Shown here: positions 54,434 to 64,000 of the stretch, in pieces
Layout: each line of letters begins with the position of its first letter
How positions within the stretch are numbered: the stretch's first letter is position 1
DNA from: Brevundimonas sp.
Lineage (GTDB): Bacteria > Pseudomonadota > Alphaproteobacteria > Caulobacterales > Caulobacteraceae
Direction: 5' to 3'
Length of the DNA stretch: 64,000 nt
NCBI RefSeq assembly: GCF_013823285.1
Contig: NZ_PNLV01000001.1
Coordinates: forward strand, 20,260 to 84,259
Program-made: the position numbers and the translations under genes
Notes under the pieces: model-generated
Told to the model about the DNA's origin: nothing
What the model saw: only the letters and a program-made list of their open reading frames with translations
Databases searched by the model: none

Positions 54434-55135
54434 ATGCGCCGGTCAGAAACAACAGACGGTGACAGCGTGGCGGATACCCAACCGGAAGCCGGCAAGAAGT
54501 CCGGCAAGACCCAGACCGGCAAGGCCGGGAGCGGCAAGTCTGGGGGCGACACCGTCGTCATCAAGAAGTACGCCAACCGGCGCCTCTACAACACCGCCAC
54601 CAGCGCCTATGTGACGCTCGAAGATCTGGCGGCCATGGTCCGCGAGGGCGTCGACTTCGTGGTCTATGACGCCAAGACCAGCGACGACCTGACCCGCCAG
54701 GTGCTGACGCAGATCATCTTCGAGGAGGAAAGCCGGGGCGAGGCCCTGCTGCCCGTCCAGTTCCTGCGCCAGCTGATCGGCTTCTACGGCGGCCAGATGC
54801 AGTCGGTCCTTCCCAGCTACCTTGAGCTCTCTCTGGACAATTTCGTCAGCCAGCAGGAGCAGTTCCGCTCCCAGTTCTCGCGCGCCTTCGGGGCCGCGCC
54901 GGGTGTCGGCATGTTCGACGAGCAGGTGAAGCAGAACATCGCCATGTTCGAGCGGGCCATGAAGATGTTCACCCCCATGGCCTATGCGCCGAAGGTCGAG
55001 CCGGAAAAGCCCGCCGAGCCCGTGCAACCCGCCGGAGACGCCGCCCTCAACGAGATGCGACGCCAGATGGAGGAGATGCGCGCCCAGCTGGACCGCCTGG
55101 CGGGCGCCCGTTCCGACGAGCCCGGCAGGAAATGA
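54434..55135 (+). CDS. phaR: polyhydroxyalkanoate synthesis repressor PhaR
   Basis: IKKYANRRLYNTATSAYVTLEDLAAMVREGVDFVVYDAKTSDDLTRQVLTQIIFEEE is the diagnostic PhaR N-terminal domain. The start is 54434 or GTG 54467. Confidence 0.88.
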   Translation: MRRSETTDGDSVADTQPEAGKKSGKTQTGKAGSGKSGGDTVVIKKYANRRLYNTATSAYVTLEDLAAMVREGVDFVVYDAKTSDDLTRQVLTQIIFEEESRGEALLPVQFLRQLIGFYGGQMQSVLPSYLELSLDNFVSQQEQFRSQFSRAFGAAPGVGMFDEQVKQNIAMFERAMKMFTPMAYAPKVEPEKPAEPVQPAGDAALNEMRRQMEEMRAQLDRLAGARSDEPGRK

Positions 55136-55491
55136 CCGGTCCGGTGCGCCCTGTGGCCCCTGTCGAGCCGCGCGGCCCCCAGCGCCGCACTGGCGACCGT
55201 CGGCAGGGCGATGAGCGGCGCGAGGGCGAAGCGCGTCCGGCGCGCGCCCTTGTCCCCTCCGACGAACCGCCCGCCCCCGACAGCGGGCCGGCGCCGTCCC
55301 CGACGCCGCCGAACCCCGTGCAGCCCTCGGTCTTCGCAGCCCAGGTGATCGGCCAGACCGGCGCCAGAAAGGGCCTCAAGGGCGGCCCGCCCGTGCTGGA
55401 CGCGGCCCGCGGCAGCTATCTCGGGACCGAATATTCCGGCGCCGGCGACCGGCGGCCGAAACCCGGCAAGACCACCCGGACCGACATCTGA
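55132..55491 (+). CDS. hypothetical Pro/Arg-rich protein, translationally coupled to phaR
   Basis: ATGA overlap with the phaR stop. 119 aa, largely low complexity, with a more ordered C-terminal stretch (SVFAAQVIGQTGARKGLKGGPPVLDAARGSYLGTEYSG). Confidence 0.45.
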   Translation: MTGPVRPVAPVEPRGPQRRTGDRRQGDERREGEARPARALVPSDEPPAPDSGPAPSPTPPNPVQPSVFAAQVIGQTGARKGLKGGPPVLDAARGSYLGTEYSGAGDRRPKPGKTTRTDI

Positions 55492-55635
55492 TCCAACGCC
55501 CGGGCTGGCCCGGTCCTTGCAGTCCTGAGCGGAGACATCCGCCTTCAGGGACCGCCGACCATGACCGCCCTCGCCGCCCGCGCCTTTGACGTTCTCGCCG
55601 TGGCCCTGGTGTTCCTGGCCTTCGGCTGAGCCCGA

Positions 55636-56067
55636 TCAGCCCGTCGCCGCGCTGATGTCGAAGTCCTTGCGCGCGCTGATGATGGTCACGATGAACCCGG
55701 CCAGCACATCCAGCAGCACCATCACGGTGATGAGGAAGAAGGTCGAGGTCGCAAAGCCGCGCAACAGCAGGAACGCGATCAGGCAGACCACGAACAGGAT
55801 CATCGACAGGGCGTGATTGATGATCGCGATCTTCTGGCTGGATGTGGATTTCAACAGCTCGAAGAACAGCAGGATCAGCGAGAACAGGATCAGCAGGTCC
55901 CCCGGCCCCACGGTCCAGGTGGCGCCCGAGGTCATGGGGATGGTGAACAGCGAATCCCTGAGCGCGGCGTCGGCGCCGGCGGCGGTGAAGCCACCGTCCA
56001 TGCCGAAGATCACGATCAGGGTGTAAAGCAGAACCGGAATGGCCAGCAACGGCAAGGCGATCAGCAT
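55636..56067 (-). CDS. hypothetical 4-TM inner-membrane protein
   Basis: 143 aa, strongly hydrophobic (MLIALPLLAIPVLLYTLIVIFG...). GAGGGGA RBS before the ATG at 56067. Confidence 0.7.
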   Translation of the reverse strand: MLIALPLLAIPVLLYTLIVIFGMDGGFTAAGADAALRDSLFTIPMTSGATWTVGPGDLLILFSLILLFFELLKSTSSQKIAIINHALSMILFVVCLIAFLLLRGFATSTFFLITVMVLLDVLAGFIVTIISARKDFDISAATG

Positions 56068-56217
56068 GGTTTCCCCTCGGATCGGTCAGGTCAGGCGCAG
56101 CCACGCCCGTTCATAAGGGTTAATACCGCCGTTCGATCCGTTTCGCCACGGCTTCGCTTGTGACGCGAGGAAAGGATTTGTGGAGACGGCGGGCGCGGGC
56201 GTGATACAGGAACGACG

Positions 56218-58107
56218 ATGCAGCGACCCGACCTTGACCGCCTGATCCTCGGCTGGCGCGGCCCGGCGCTGGCGGCCCTGATCGCCCTGATCGCGGGCCT
56301 GCCGGGCCTGATCATGACGCCCGTGCTGGACCGCACCGAGGCGCGTACGGCCCAGGTCAGCGCCCGCATGCTGGAGCGGGGCGACTGGATCGACACCCGC
56401 GCCGACGACCAGGACCGCATTCGCACCGCCGCCGGCCTGCACTGGTTTCAGGCCGCCGCGACCGCCCTGACCTCCAACGTCCAGGACCGCGACATCCGCC
56501 CCTATCGCCTGCCATCCCTGCTGGGGGCCATGCTGGCGGCATGGGCCTGCGCCTGGGGCGCGTCGGTGCTGTTCGGGGCCCGGGCCGGGTTCCTGGCCGG
56601 GGCCCTGCTGGGCGGAACCTTCCTCATGTCCACCCTGGCGGGGGTGGCCCAGGCCAACGCCCTGCTGGCGGGCCTGATCACCCTGATGATGGCGGCCCTG
56701 GCGCGCCTGTATGTGCTGGCCCGCGAAGGCGAGGCCGAGGCCGCCGCCAGCGGCGGGCCGCCGCCGCGCCTGCCCCGCCCCCTGAAGCTGATCGTGTGGG
56801 GCGCGCTGGGGGCAGCGATCCTGGTGGGCGGCCTGGCCGCGCCGCTGGTGGTCGGGCTGGCGCTGGTCACCCTGGGCCTCATGGATCGGCGCTGGGCCTG
56901 GATGGGACGGCTGGGCTGGCTCAGCGGCCTGCCCCTGCTGGCGCTCATTCTCGGGCCCTGGGCCATCGCCGCCACCGTCTCCACCGACGGCGAGGTCTGG
57001 CGCCACGCCCTGAACGACAACATCGTGGCCCGGATCATCCGCGGCGAGGCGGACTGGGGTCTGCCCGGTCGGCATCTGCTGCTGGCGCCCCTGCTGCTGT
57101 TCCCGCTCACCCTGATGCTGCCCGCGGCCCTTGAGACCGGCCTCACCCGCCGGGCCGAGCCGGGGGTCCGCTTCGCCGTGGCCTGGCTGGTTCCGGCCTG
57201 GCTGCTGTTCGAACTGGCGCCCGATCCCATGTGGCACCAGACCCTGCCCCTGTACGGCGCGGTGACCTGGCTGGCGGCCTCGGCCCTGACCCGGCCCCTG
57301 AGCCGGGTTTCGCGCTGGGCCGGGACGGCGCTGGCGGTGCTGGGGGGGGTCTATGTGCTGGGCGCGACCTTGTTCGCCCTGTCGGAATTCGGCGGCGAGG
57401 CGTCCCAGGCCTGGGCCACGCCCACCATCGGCCTGACCCTGGCGGCGGCGGCCATCGGCGGCTTCCTCCTGTATCACCGCATGGGGGTGACGGCGGTTCT
57501 GATCTCGCTGGCCCTCGGCATTCTCGCCCACGCCAGCTTGGCCGGCATGATGCGCAATCTGGAGCCCCTGTGGGTCTCCCCGCGCCTCAAGGCCGCCATG
57601 ATCGAGACGGGCCTGCACCCGGTGGAAGGGCGCCTGCCCGGGCCGGTGGCGGTGACCGGCTACAATCAGCCCAGCGTGCTGTTCCTGTTCGGCCCGGCCG
57701 CGCGCTTCACAGACGAGGCCGGGGCCGCCGCCGCCATCGCCGCGGGCCGCCCCGCCGTGGTGGAGGCGCGACAGGAGTCCGCCTTCCGCGCCGCCCTCAA
57801 CCGCCTCGGCGCCGAGGCCCGCGCCGAGGACCGGGTCGAGGGCGTCAACTACGCCAACGGCGACCGGGTCGAGCTGATCCTCTATCGCCCCGCGCCCCGT
57901 CCCGCCCCGGCGCGGCGTCCGGCGCGGCCCGAATCTGATCCGGAACCCGCGCTGCTGGAGCCGGGCGCCGAACCGGCGACCGACGATCCGACGCTGCTCG
58001 ATCCGGACGGAGATGTCGCAGAACCGGCGGAGGACGCCGCGACGCCCGCCGAAGACCCGGACACCCCCGTGGCCTCGCCCGAGCCCGGGCCCGGGCCCGA
58101 CCAATGA
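56218..58107 (+). CDS. ArnT/PMT-like (GT39/GT83-type) membrane glycosyltransferase with acidic Pro-rich C-terminal tail
   Basis: Multi-TM protein. The N-terminal loop motif DRTEARTAQVSARMLERGDW resembles lipid-linked-sugar glycosyltransferases. The last ~75 aa are P/E/D/A low complexity. Confidence 0.75.
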   Translation: MQRPDLDRLILGWRGPALAALIALIAGLPGLIMTPVLDRTEARTAQVSARMLERGDWIDTRADDQDRIRTAAGLHWFQAAATALTSNVQDRDIRPYRLPSLLGAMLAAWACAWGASVLFGARAGFLAGALLGGTFLMSTLAGVAQANALLAGLITLMMAALARLYVLAREGEAEAAASGGPPPRLPRPLKLIVWGALGAAILVGGLAAPLVVGLALVTLGLMDRRWAWMGRLGWLSGLPLLALILGPWAIAATVSTDGEVWRHALNDNIVARIIRGEADWGLPGRHLLLAPLLLFPLTLMLPAALETGLTRRAEPGVRFAVAWLVPAWLLFELAPDPMWHQTLPLYGAVTWLAASALTRPLSRVSRWAGTALAVLGGVYVLGATLFALSEFGGEASQAWATPTIGLTLAAAAIGGFLLYHRMGVTAVLISLALGILAHASLAGMMRNLEPLWVSPRLKAAMIETGLHPVEGRLPGPVAVTGYNQPSVLFLFGPAARFTDEAGAAAAIAAGRPAVVEARQESAFRAALNRLGAEARAEDRVEGVNYANGDRVELILYRPAPRPAPARRPARPESDPEPALLEPGAEPATDDPTLLDPDGDVAEPAEDAATPAEDPDTPVASPEPGPGPDQ

Positions 58108-59018
58108 GCCGCTTCATCCAGATCGTCGAGGTCGGTCCCCGCGACGGCCTTCAGAACGAGGCGGCGGTGCTGGAGCCGGCCGTGCGCGCCGGCTTCGTGC
58201 GGCGGCTGGAGGCGGCCGGGGCGCGCCGCATCGAGGCGGTCAGCTTCGTCCATCCGAAATACGTGCCCCAGATGGCCGGGGCCGAAGAGGTCATGGCCGA
58301 CCTGCGCCCCGAGGCCGGACGCAGCCGCATCGGTCTGGTGCTGAATGCGAAGGGCTACGACCGCGCCCTCACAACCGGGGTGGACGAGGTCAATGTCTCG
58401 GTGGCCGCCACCGACGGCTTCGGCCTGAAGAATCAGGGCCTGGACCTTCAGGGTCAGGCGGCCATGCTGGCCGACATCGTGGCCCGCCGCCACAACGCCG
58501 CCCCGGGCGATGCGGCGCCGTCCCTGTCGGTGACCATCAGCTGCGTCTGGGGCTGTCCCTTCGACGGCGAGGTGTCGGTGGATCAGGTCGCCGATCTGGT
58601 GGGCCGCATCGGCGAACTGGGCGTGGACGAGATCGCCCTGGCCGACACCATCGGCGCCGGCGATCCCTGGGCCGTGACGAAAAAGGTCGAGGCCGCCCGA
58701 AAGGCCGCGCCGGACGCCAAGCTGCGCCTGCACTTCCACGACACCCGCAACACCGGCCTCGCCAACGCCTATGCGGGTGTGGAGGCGGGCGTGGACATTC
58801 TGGACGCCTCGGTGGGCGGCATCGGCGGCTGTCCCTTCGCGCCCGGCGCCACCGGCAACATCGGCACCGAGGATCTGGTCCACATGCTGCACCGGGGCGG
58901 GTTCGAGACCGGCTATGATCTGGACGCCCTGATCCAGACCGCCCGCTGGGTCGGCCAGCGCCTCGGCAAGGCGCCCCCCTCCAGCCTCAGCCGCGCCGGG
59001 CCGTTCCCGAAGGGCTGA
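58104..59018 (+). CDS. hydroxymethylglutaryl-CoA lyase
   Basis: IVEVGPRDGLQNE, the FHFHDTRNTGLANAYAG-type metal site (LHFHDTRNTGLANAYAG) and GIGGCPFAPGATGN. ATGA overlap with the upstream gene. Confidence 0.9.
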   Translation: MSRFIQIVEVGPRDGLQNEAAVLEPAVRAGFVRRLEAAGARRIEAVSFVHPKYVPQMAGAEEVMADLRPEAGRSRIGLVLNAKGYDRALTTGVDEVNVSVAATDGFGLKNQGLDLQGQAAMLADIVARRHNAAPGDAAPSLSVTISCVWGCPFDGEVSVDQVADLVGRIGELGVDEIALADTIGAGDPWAVTKKVEAARKAAPDAKLRLHFHDTRNTGLANAYAGVEAGVDILDASVGGIGGCPFAPGATGNIGTEDLVHMLHRGGFETGYDLDALIQTARWVGQRLGKAPPSSLSRAGPFPKG

Positions 59019-59038
59019 GGGCGTGTGCTCTATGCGCC

Positions 59039-60010
59039 CTAATCCGTAGCGCCGAGTGTTTCTTCCTCTTCGCTCAAGCCAAGCTCCCGCGCGAGATTGA
59101 GGGCGATGGAGGAAAGGTTTGCGCCGGTTGTGGAGGCGGTCTGGGGCGCCCGATAAAGGGCTTGCAAATAGGCGCGATCCCAACGGCTCATAACCGGCTC
59201 CTGCGTGCCCTCCTCGCTGAACAGGTCGAGAATGGACGGGTAGGCGGGGTCAACATCCGGATCTATCTGGGCCAGGGCGACCATGGCCACATAATCGGTG
59301 ATCTGGATGAAGTCGGCCTGTTCGAGCGCCGCCACATCCAGCACGATGATCACCTGCATCAGGTCGTCCCGGGTGTGATCCATCACCAATGAACCGGCTA
59401 CAGTCCTGCCGTAGGGACCCAGATCGGCTGGCGACCTTATTTGCCGTGCGGCAAATGCGGGTTGCCCGGGAAGCCGCACCACCGGAAGGCCCGTGTCATC
59501 GTTCACCGGCAGGCTGACGTGCCACCATCGCACCAGGCGGGTGGTGTTCTGAAACGCGTCCAGGGCGGCGCGGCCCCGGTCGGAGCCGGAAGCGCCGAGA
59601 CGAAATTCGCGGGGACGGGAAGCGACCAGTTCACGCGCGGTCGCATTCCCGGCCTCGGTCGCCATGATGATGATGCTGGGGCGACACCCCGGCTCTTCGA
59701 TCTCGAGCCCGACGCTGTGCGCCCAATCTGACACGCGGTCGGCCATGAAACGGCTGGCCTCGGCCTGCATGCCGAGTACACCGACACAGACTGACTCGCG
59801 CCATAACGCCGCCTTGCGACCGGGGATCGGCGCGGCCACCGAACTGACGAAGGCTTCAGCGGCCTCTCGGGCGCGTTCGCCGACGACGACCACTTCTTCT
59901 ACCTCAGTTGGGCCGTCCTGCGCAGCCAATTGAATGGGGGCGCCGGGCTGAACGCCCGCCAGTAGCAGGGTGGAGGAAATGATCAGAACGGAAACCAACC
60001 CACAACCCAA
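59039..60010 (-). CDS. hypothetical exported protein, lower-GC
   Basis: 323-aa ORF with a hydrophobic N-terminus (LVSVLIISSTLLLAG). No motif I can assign. The GC content is visibly lower than in the neighbouring genes. Confidence 0.6.
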   Translation of the reverse strand: MGCGLVSVLIISSTLLLAGVQPGAPIQLAAQDGPTEVEEVVVVGERAREAAEAFVSSVAAPIPGRKAALWRESVCVGVLGMQAEASRFMADRVSDWAHSVGLEIEEPGCRPSIIIMATEAGNATARELVASRPREFRLGASGSDRGRAALDAFQNTTRLVRWWHVSLPVNDDTGLPVVRLPGQPAFAARQIRSPADLGPYGRTVAGSLVMDHTRDDLMQVIIVLDVAALEQADFIQITDYVAMVALAQIDPDVDPAYPSILDLFSEEGTQEPVMSRWDRAYLQALYRAPQTASTTGANLSSIALNLARELGLSEEEETLGATD

Positions 60011-60309
60011 GCCTGACGAAGCGCACCCATAGGTGGCATCGTACCATAAAGAATGTATCGGCGGCAGCTTTGTTGTCGCTATCGTTATCGTTCACGGCAG
60101 CGGGTGCTCCGTCCCTGAAATGGTTTCTACGCCATGGTCGAGACCGCAGGCGGCAATGCTTATACCCAATGGGGGCACGACGCCGTTTCACCTTGATCGA
60201 CTGCTGGGGGTCTCTGACACCCTGATCAGGGAGGATCGGGTCGATCTCTGCTTCCCACCCGCTGCAACGGTTCGGGGCGTCTGCCGCTCGTCAGCCCGCC
60301 CTGCGCCCC

Positions 60310-62241
60310 TTATGAGTTCGCCCGCTTCAGGTCCGGCGGGGTGGCCTCGTCGGTGAGGACGCGGATGGCCTCCTCCACCGTCAGGATCTCCTGGGCCTGC
60401 GAGCCGAGGCGGCGCAGGGCCACCTTGCCCTCGGCGGCCTCGCTCCTGCCAACCACGGCGATGACCGGCACCTTGCCAACCGAGTGCTCGCGCACCTTGT
60501 AGCCCACCTTCTCGTTCCGCAGATCCGTCTCGACCCGCAGACCGGCGGCCCTGAACTTGGCAGCCACCTCTTCGGCGTAACCGTCGGCGTCCGAGGTGAT
60601 GGTGGCCACCACCGCCTGCACCGGCGCCAGCCACAGGGGGAAGGCCCCGGCGTAGTTCTCGATCATGATGCCGATGAACCGCTCGAACGACCCCAGGATC
60701 GCCCGGTGCAGCATGACCGGCCGGTGCTTCTGGCCGTCCTCGGCGATGTAGGAGGCGTCCAGACGTTCGGGCAGCACATAGTCCAGCTGGATGGTGCCGC
60801 AGGTCCATTCCCGGCCGATGGCGTCCTTGACGATGAAGTCCAGCTTGGGGGCGTAGAAGGCGCCGTCGCCCTCGGTGACCACCGGCTCCGTGCCCGCCGC
60901 GCGGGCGGATTCGGCCATCAGGGCCTCGGCCTTGTCCCAGAATTCATCGGACCCGGCCCGCACCTCGGGCCGCGTGCCCAGGCTGATGTAGGCGGTTTCC
61001 ATGCCCAGATCGGCGTGGACGCTGCGCGCCAGTTCGATGAAGGACGAGGTCTCGGCGACTATCTGGTCTTCCCGACAGAAGATGTGGGCGTCGTCCTGGG
61101 TGAAGCCGCGCACCCGCATCAGCCCGTGCAGGGCGCCGGACGGCTCATAGCGATGGCAGGCGCCGAACTCGGCCATGCGCAGGGGCAGCTCGCGGTACGA
61201 CCGCTGGCCCTGATCGAAGATCTGCACGTGGCCGGGGCAGTTCATGGGCTTGAGGCTGAGGGTCTCGCCCTCCACCGTCTCGCACACGAACATGTTGGGC
61301 CGGTATTTCTCCCAGTGGCCCGAGGCCTCCCAGAACTTCCGGTCCAGCACCTGGGGCGTCTTGACCTCCACATAGCCGGCCGCGTCCAGGCGGCGACGCA
61401 TGTAGTCCTCGATCACCCGCCATAGCACCCAGCCCTTGGGGTGCCAGAACACCATGCCCCGGCCCTCTTCCTGCATGTGGAAGAGCTCCATGGCGCGGCC
61501 GACCTTGCGGTGGTCGCGCTTCTCGGCCTCCTCGAGGCGCTGCAGGTGGGCGTCCAGATCCTCCTTCGTGGCCCAGGCGGTGCCGTAGATGCGCTGCAGC
61601 TGGGCGTTGCGATGGTCGCCGCGCCAGTAGGCCCCCGCCAGCTTGGTCAGCTTGAAGGCCTTGCCCACGAATTTCGTCGAGGGGAAGTGCGGCCCCCGGC
61701 ACAGGTCCAGCCACTCGCCCTGGCGATAGACGGTGATGGTCTCGGCTTCGGGCAGGTCGCGGATGATCTCGGCCTTGTAGGACTCGCCGATGCCCTCGAA
61801 ATATTTTATCGCCTCGTCGCGGTCCCAGACCTCGCGCTCCAGCCGGGCGCCCTTGTCGATGATCTCGGCCATCTTCTTCTCGATGGCGGCGAAGTCGTCG
61901 GTGGAGAAGGGCTCGTCGCGGGCGAAGTCGTAGTAGAACCCGTCCTCGATGGCCGGGCCGATGGTGACCTGGGTGCCGGGGAACAGGCTCTGCACCGCCT
62001 CGGCCATGACGTGGGCGGCGTCGTGGCGGATGGTGGCCAGGGCCGCCGGGTCCTCGCGCATCAGCAGGCGGAAATCGCCGCCGGTCTCCAGCGTCCGGTC
62101 CAGATCAAGCTGGGCGCCGTTCAGCTCGACCAGCGCGGCCTTCTTGGCCAGCGACGGAGAGATGGACGCGGCCACCTCGCGGCCCGTCACGCCTTCGGGA
62201 TACTGGCGCGCGGCGCCGTCGGGAAATTTCAGCTCGATCAT
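60310..62241 (-). CDS. thrS: threonine-tRNA ligase
   Basis: [20 protein letters not shown] (TGS domain), class II motifs (FRLLMRE..., [17 protein letters not shown]) and an anticodon-binding C-terminus. Confidence 0.97.
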   Translation of the reverse strand: MIELKFPDGAARQYPEGVTGREVAASISPSLAKKAALVELNGAQLDLDRTLETGGDFRLLMREDPAALATIRHDAAHVMAEAVQSLFPGTQVTIGPAIEDGFYYDFARDEPFSTDDFAAIEKKMAEIIDKGARLEREVWDRDEAIKYFEGIGESYKAEIIRDLPEAETITVYRQGEWLDLCRGPHFPSTKFVGKAFKLTKLAGAYWRGDHRNAQLQRIYGTAWATKEDLDAHLQRLEEAEKRDHRKVGRAMELFHMQEEGRGMVFWHPKGWVLWRVIEDYMRRRLDAAGYVEVKTPQVLDRKFWEASGHWEKYRPNMFVCETVEGETLSLKPMNCPGHVQIFDQGQRSYRELPLRMAEFGACHRYEPSGALHGLMRVRGFTQDDAHIFCREDQIVAETSSFIELARSVHADLGMETAYISLGTRPEVRAGSDEFWDKAEALMAESARAAGTEPVVTEGDGAFYAPKLDFIVKDAIGREWTCGTIQLDYVLPERLDASYIAEDGQKHRPVMLHRAILGSFERFIGIMIENYAGAFPLWLAPVQAVVATITSDADGYAEEVAAKFRAAGLRVETDLRNEKVGYKVREHSVGKVPVIAVVGRSEAAEGKVALRRLGSQAQEILTVEEAIRVLTDEATPPDLKRANS

Positions 62242-62346
62242 GATGGCGCTGTCTTAATGGCGGCCGCGCCCACGGCATAGCCCCGATCCATCCGCAGATG
62301 AGGATATGCCCTCGTCCGGGGCCGGGCCGAACGGAAAGGACAGGCG

Positions 62347-62393
62347 AAAACCGCGCTCAAGCAGCGAGGCTCCGCGAGCCGAGCGTAGCGCGC
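62347..62393 (-). terminator. possible terminator after lysC
   Basis: Imperfect hairpin centred on GGCTC-GCG-GAGCC (minus-strand reading) with outer GCGCT/AGCGC arms, followed by GGTTTTCG on the minus strand. Confidence 0.35.
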
Positions 62394-62403
62394 CAAAATG
62401 AGC

Positions 62404-63663
62404 TCAGGCGGCTTCCAGACCATAGGCCCCGTGAAGCGCCCGCACCGCCAGTTCGGCATAGGCAGCGTCGATCAGCACGCTGATCTTGATCTCGGAGGTG
62501 GAGATGGCCTGGATCTTCACGCCCTTGTCGGCCAGGGCCTGGAACATGGTCTGGGCCACGCCCGCGTGACTGCGCATGCCCACCCCGATCACCGAGACCT
62601 TGGCCACGTCCTCGTCCACCGCCACTTCCTCGAAGCCCAGCTCGCCCTGGGCGGCGCGGGTCAGGTCGGCGGCGCGCGAGGCGTCGCGGCGGCCGGTGGT
62701 GAAGGTCAGGTTCACGGTCTCGGGCGTGCGGGCGCGGGACTGGACGATCATGTCCACGTTCACATTCGCCTCCGCCAGCAGGGTGAACAGCCGCGCCGTG
62801 GTCTCGATCCGGTCCGGCAGGCCCAGCAGGGTGATGCGAGCCTCGTCGCGGCTCATGGTCACGCCCGACACGATGCGCTTTTCCACGATCTCGTCCTCTT
62901 CACAGATCAGGGTGCCCGACTTCTCGGGCAGGATTCCGTTCTCGTCCGGTTCGATGAAGCTGGACAGCACCCGCACGGGCACCTGCTTCGCCATGGCCAG
63001 CTCCACCGAGCGGGTCTGCAGCACCTTGGCGCCCAGGGACGCCATCTCCAGCATCTCCTCGTAGGAGACACGCTCAAGCCGGCGCGCCTTCTGCTCGATG
63101 CGCGGGTCGGTCGTATAGACCCCGTCCACGTCGGTGTAGATGTCGCACGGGCAGCCCAGCGCCGCGGCCACCGCCACCGCCGAGGTGTCCGAGCCGCCCC
63201 GGCCCAGGGTGGTGATGCGGCCGTCGCGGGTCACGCCCTGAAAGCCCGGCACCACCGCCACCTGGCCGGAATCCACCGCCGCGCCCAGTGCCTCGCCGGG
63301 AATGTCCTCGATGCGCGCCCGGCCGTGGGCGTCATCGGTGAGGATGGGGATCTGCCAGCCCATCCAGCTGCGCGCATCCAGACCCAGATTGCGCAGGGTC
63401 AGGGCCAGCAGCCCCGCGGTCACCTGTTCGCCCGAGGCCACCACCACGTCGTATTCGTCGTCCGAGAGGGCCACGCCCGGTCCCGGCTTGCCGGCGCCGT
63501 CGGTCCAGGCCACCAGCTCATTGGTCTTGCCCGCCATGGCCGAGACCACCACCGCCACCTTGCGCCCGGCCCTGACCTCCGCGGCGACGATGCGCGCGGC
63601 GCGGCGGATGCGCTCCAGGTCGCCCATGGACGTGCCGCCGAACTTCATCACCAGGCGCGTCAT
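62404..63663 (-). CDS. lysC: aspartate kinase
   Basis: [23 protein letters not shown]..., kinase domain plus two C-terminal ACT domains ([23 protein letters not shown]). Confidence 0.96.
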   Translation of the reverse strand: MTRLVMKFGGTSMGDLERIRRAARIVAAEVRAGRKVAVVVSAMAGKTNELVAWTDGAGKPGPGVALSDDEYDVVVASGEQVTAGLLALTLRNLGLDARSWMGWQIPILTDDAHGRARIEDIPGEALGAAVDSGQVAVVPGFQGVTRDGRITTLGRGGSDTSAVAVAAALGCPCDIYTDVDGVYTTDPRIEQKARRLERVSYEEMLEMASLGAKVLQTRSVELAMAKQVPVRVLSSFIEPDENGILPEKSGTLICEEDEIVEKRIVSGVTMSRDEARITLLGLPDRIETTARLFTLLAEANVNVDMIVQSRARTPETVNLTFTTGRRDASRAADLTRAAQGELGFEEVAVDEDVAKVSVIGVGMRSHAGVAQTMFQALADKGVKIQAISTSEIKISVLIDAAYAELAVRALHGAYGLEAA

Positions 63664-63716
63664 CGTGGCGTGAATCCCCGTTGCAAACCGCGGCCCGGGC
63701 GTTCATCCCTTGGGCC

Positions 63717-64000
63717 ATGGCCGCTTCTAGTCACACCCGCCCGGCGCGAGAAGCCCCGCCGCCGCAAGAAATCCTCGCCGATGGCGCCAGCGGCGCTTCC
63801 ATCGACCCTGCCGACGTGGCGCGCTTCTCGGCCCAAGCGGCCGAGTGGTGGGACGCGAAGGGCCCCTTCGCCCCCCTGCACAAGTTCAATCCGGCCCGGC
63901 TGGCCTTCGTGCGCGATCAGGCCGCCGCCCGCTTCGGCCGCGACATTCGCGCCCGCAAGCCGTTCCAGGGCCTGTCCCTGCTGGACGTGGGCTGCGGCGG
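63717..64000 (+). CDS. ubiG: ubiquinone biosynthesis O-methyltransferase UbiG, 5' fragment (runs off the window)
   Basis: My own translation from the ATG at 63717: [67 protein letters not shown]...[10 protein letters not shown] (SAM-binding motif I). It is absent from the ORF track because there is no stop in the window. Confidence 0.85.
   Translation, partial: MAASSHTRPAREAPPPQEILADGASGASIDPADVARFSAQAAEWWDAKGPFAPLHKFNPARLAFVRDQAAARFGRDIRARKPFQGLSLLDVGCG

Noticed and set aside
55561-55629. 22-codon hydrophobic mini-ORF (MTALAARAFDVLAVALVFLAFG) in the spacer after the phaR-coupled ORF
   Set aside because: It is too short, has only a weak RBS, and there is no way to assess conservation here. 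It is noted only as a candidate for ribosome-profiling data.
56086-58104. 672-aa minus-strand ORF antisense to the glycosyltransferase gene
   Set aside because: The translation is Arg/Gly/Pro/Gln-rich with no TM or domain pattern. The plus strand encodes a coherent multi-TM protein.
60033-60356. 107-aa plus-strand ORF in the AT-richer spacer upstream of the orphan gene, overlapping the thrS 3' end
   Set aside because: No RBS and an implausible composition. It overlaps the thrS coding end and is probably non-coding promoter or spacer DNA.

Overview
High-GC (roughly 67-68% by eye) alphaproteobacterial chromosome segment. Protein sequences and motif usage look Caulobacterales (Brevundimonas/Caulobacter-like); this is inference only, no search was run. 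The window opens in the dnaA neighbourhood (crotonase, rpsT, dnaA-dnaN-recF-gyrB). The rest is mostly housekeeping: nth, acs, yidD, ptsP, rodZ-like, ispG, sucC/sucD/sucA/sucB, recQ, rsuA-like, mtgA, a thiolase, phaR, thrS, lysC and the 5' end of ubiG. Accessory-looking loci are interspersed. I found no rRNA, tRNA, CRISPR array, transposase or integrase. Four observations deserve a second look:
1. sucC and sucD are separated by a 1.3-kb co-oriented insert with a VapBC-type toxin-antitoxin pair and a low-GC orphan exported protein.
2. A 60-bp structured repeat occurs twice (23960-24019 and 52227-52286). Its arms are identical and its inner hairpin is preserved by three compensatory base-pair changes. 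Both copies sit on stop codons.
3. An orphan TadG-like protein has its vWA domain split by about 250 aa, including two tandem beta-rich HGFQ-x-G repeats.
4. An exported DUF2141 protein and a Tat-signal carotenoid-oxygenase form a cluster, with a desaturase and a membrane-anchored LytTR regulator as neighbours.
Smaller signals include a REP-like hairpin cluster between dnaN and recF, a DnaA box plus GANTC sites at the dnaA promoter, a perfect DnaA box upstream of or inside the rodZ-like gene start, an EcfG-type promoter motif before an OmpA lipoprotein, direct-repeat operators before a membrane-protein/XRE operon, and a duplicated lipoyl domain in sucB. Many long antisense or alternative-frame ORFs in the track are high-GC artefacts. 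Start codons were chosen by N-terminal plausibility and Shine-Dalgarno spacing and are less certain than stop codons.
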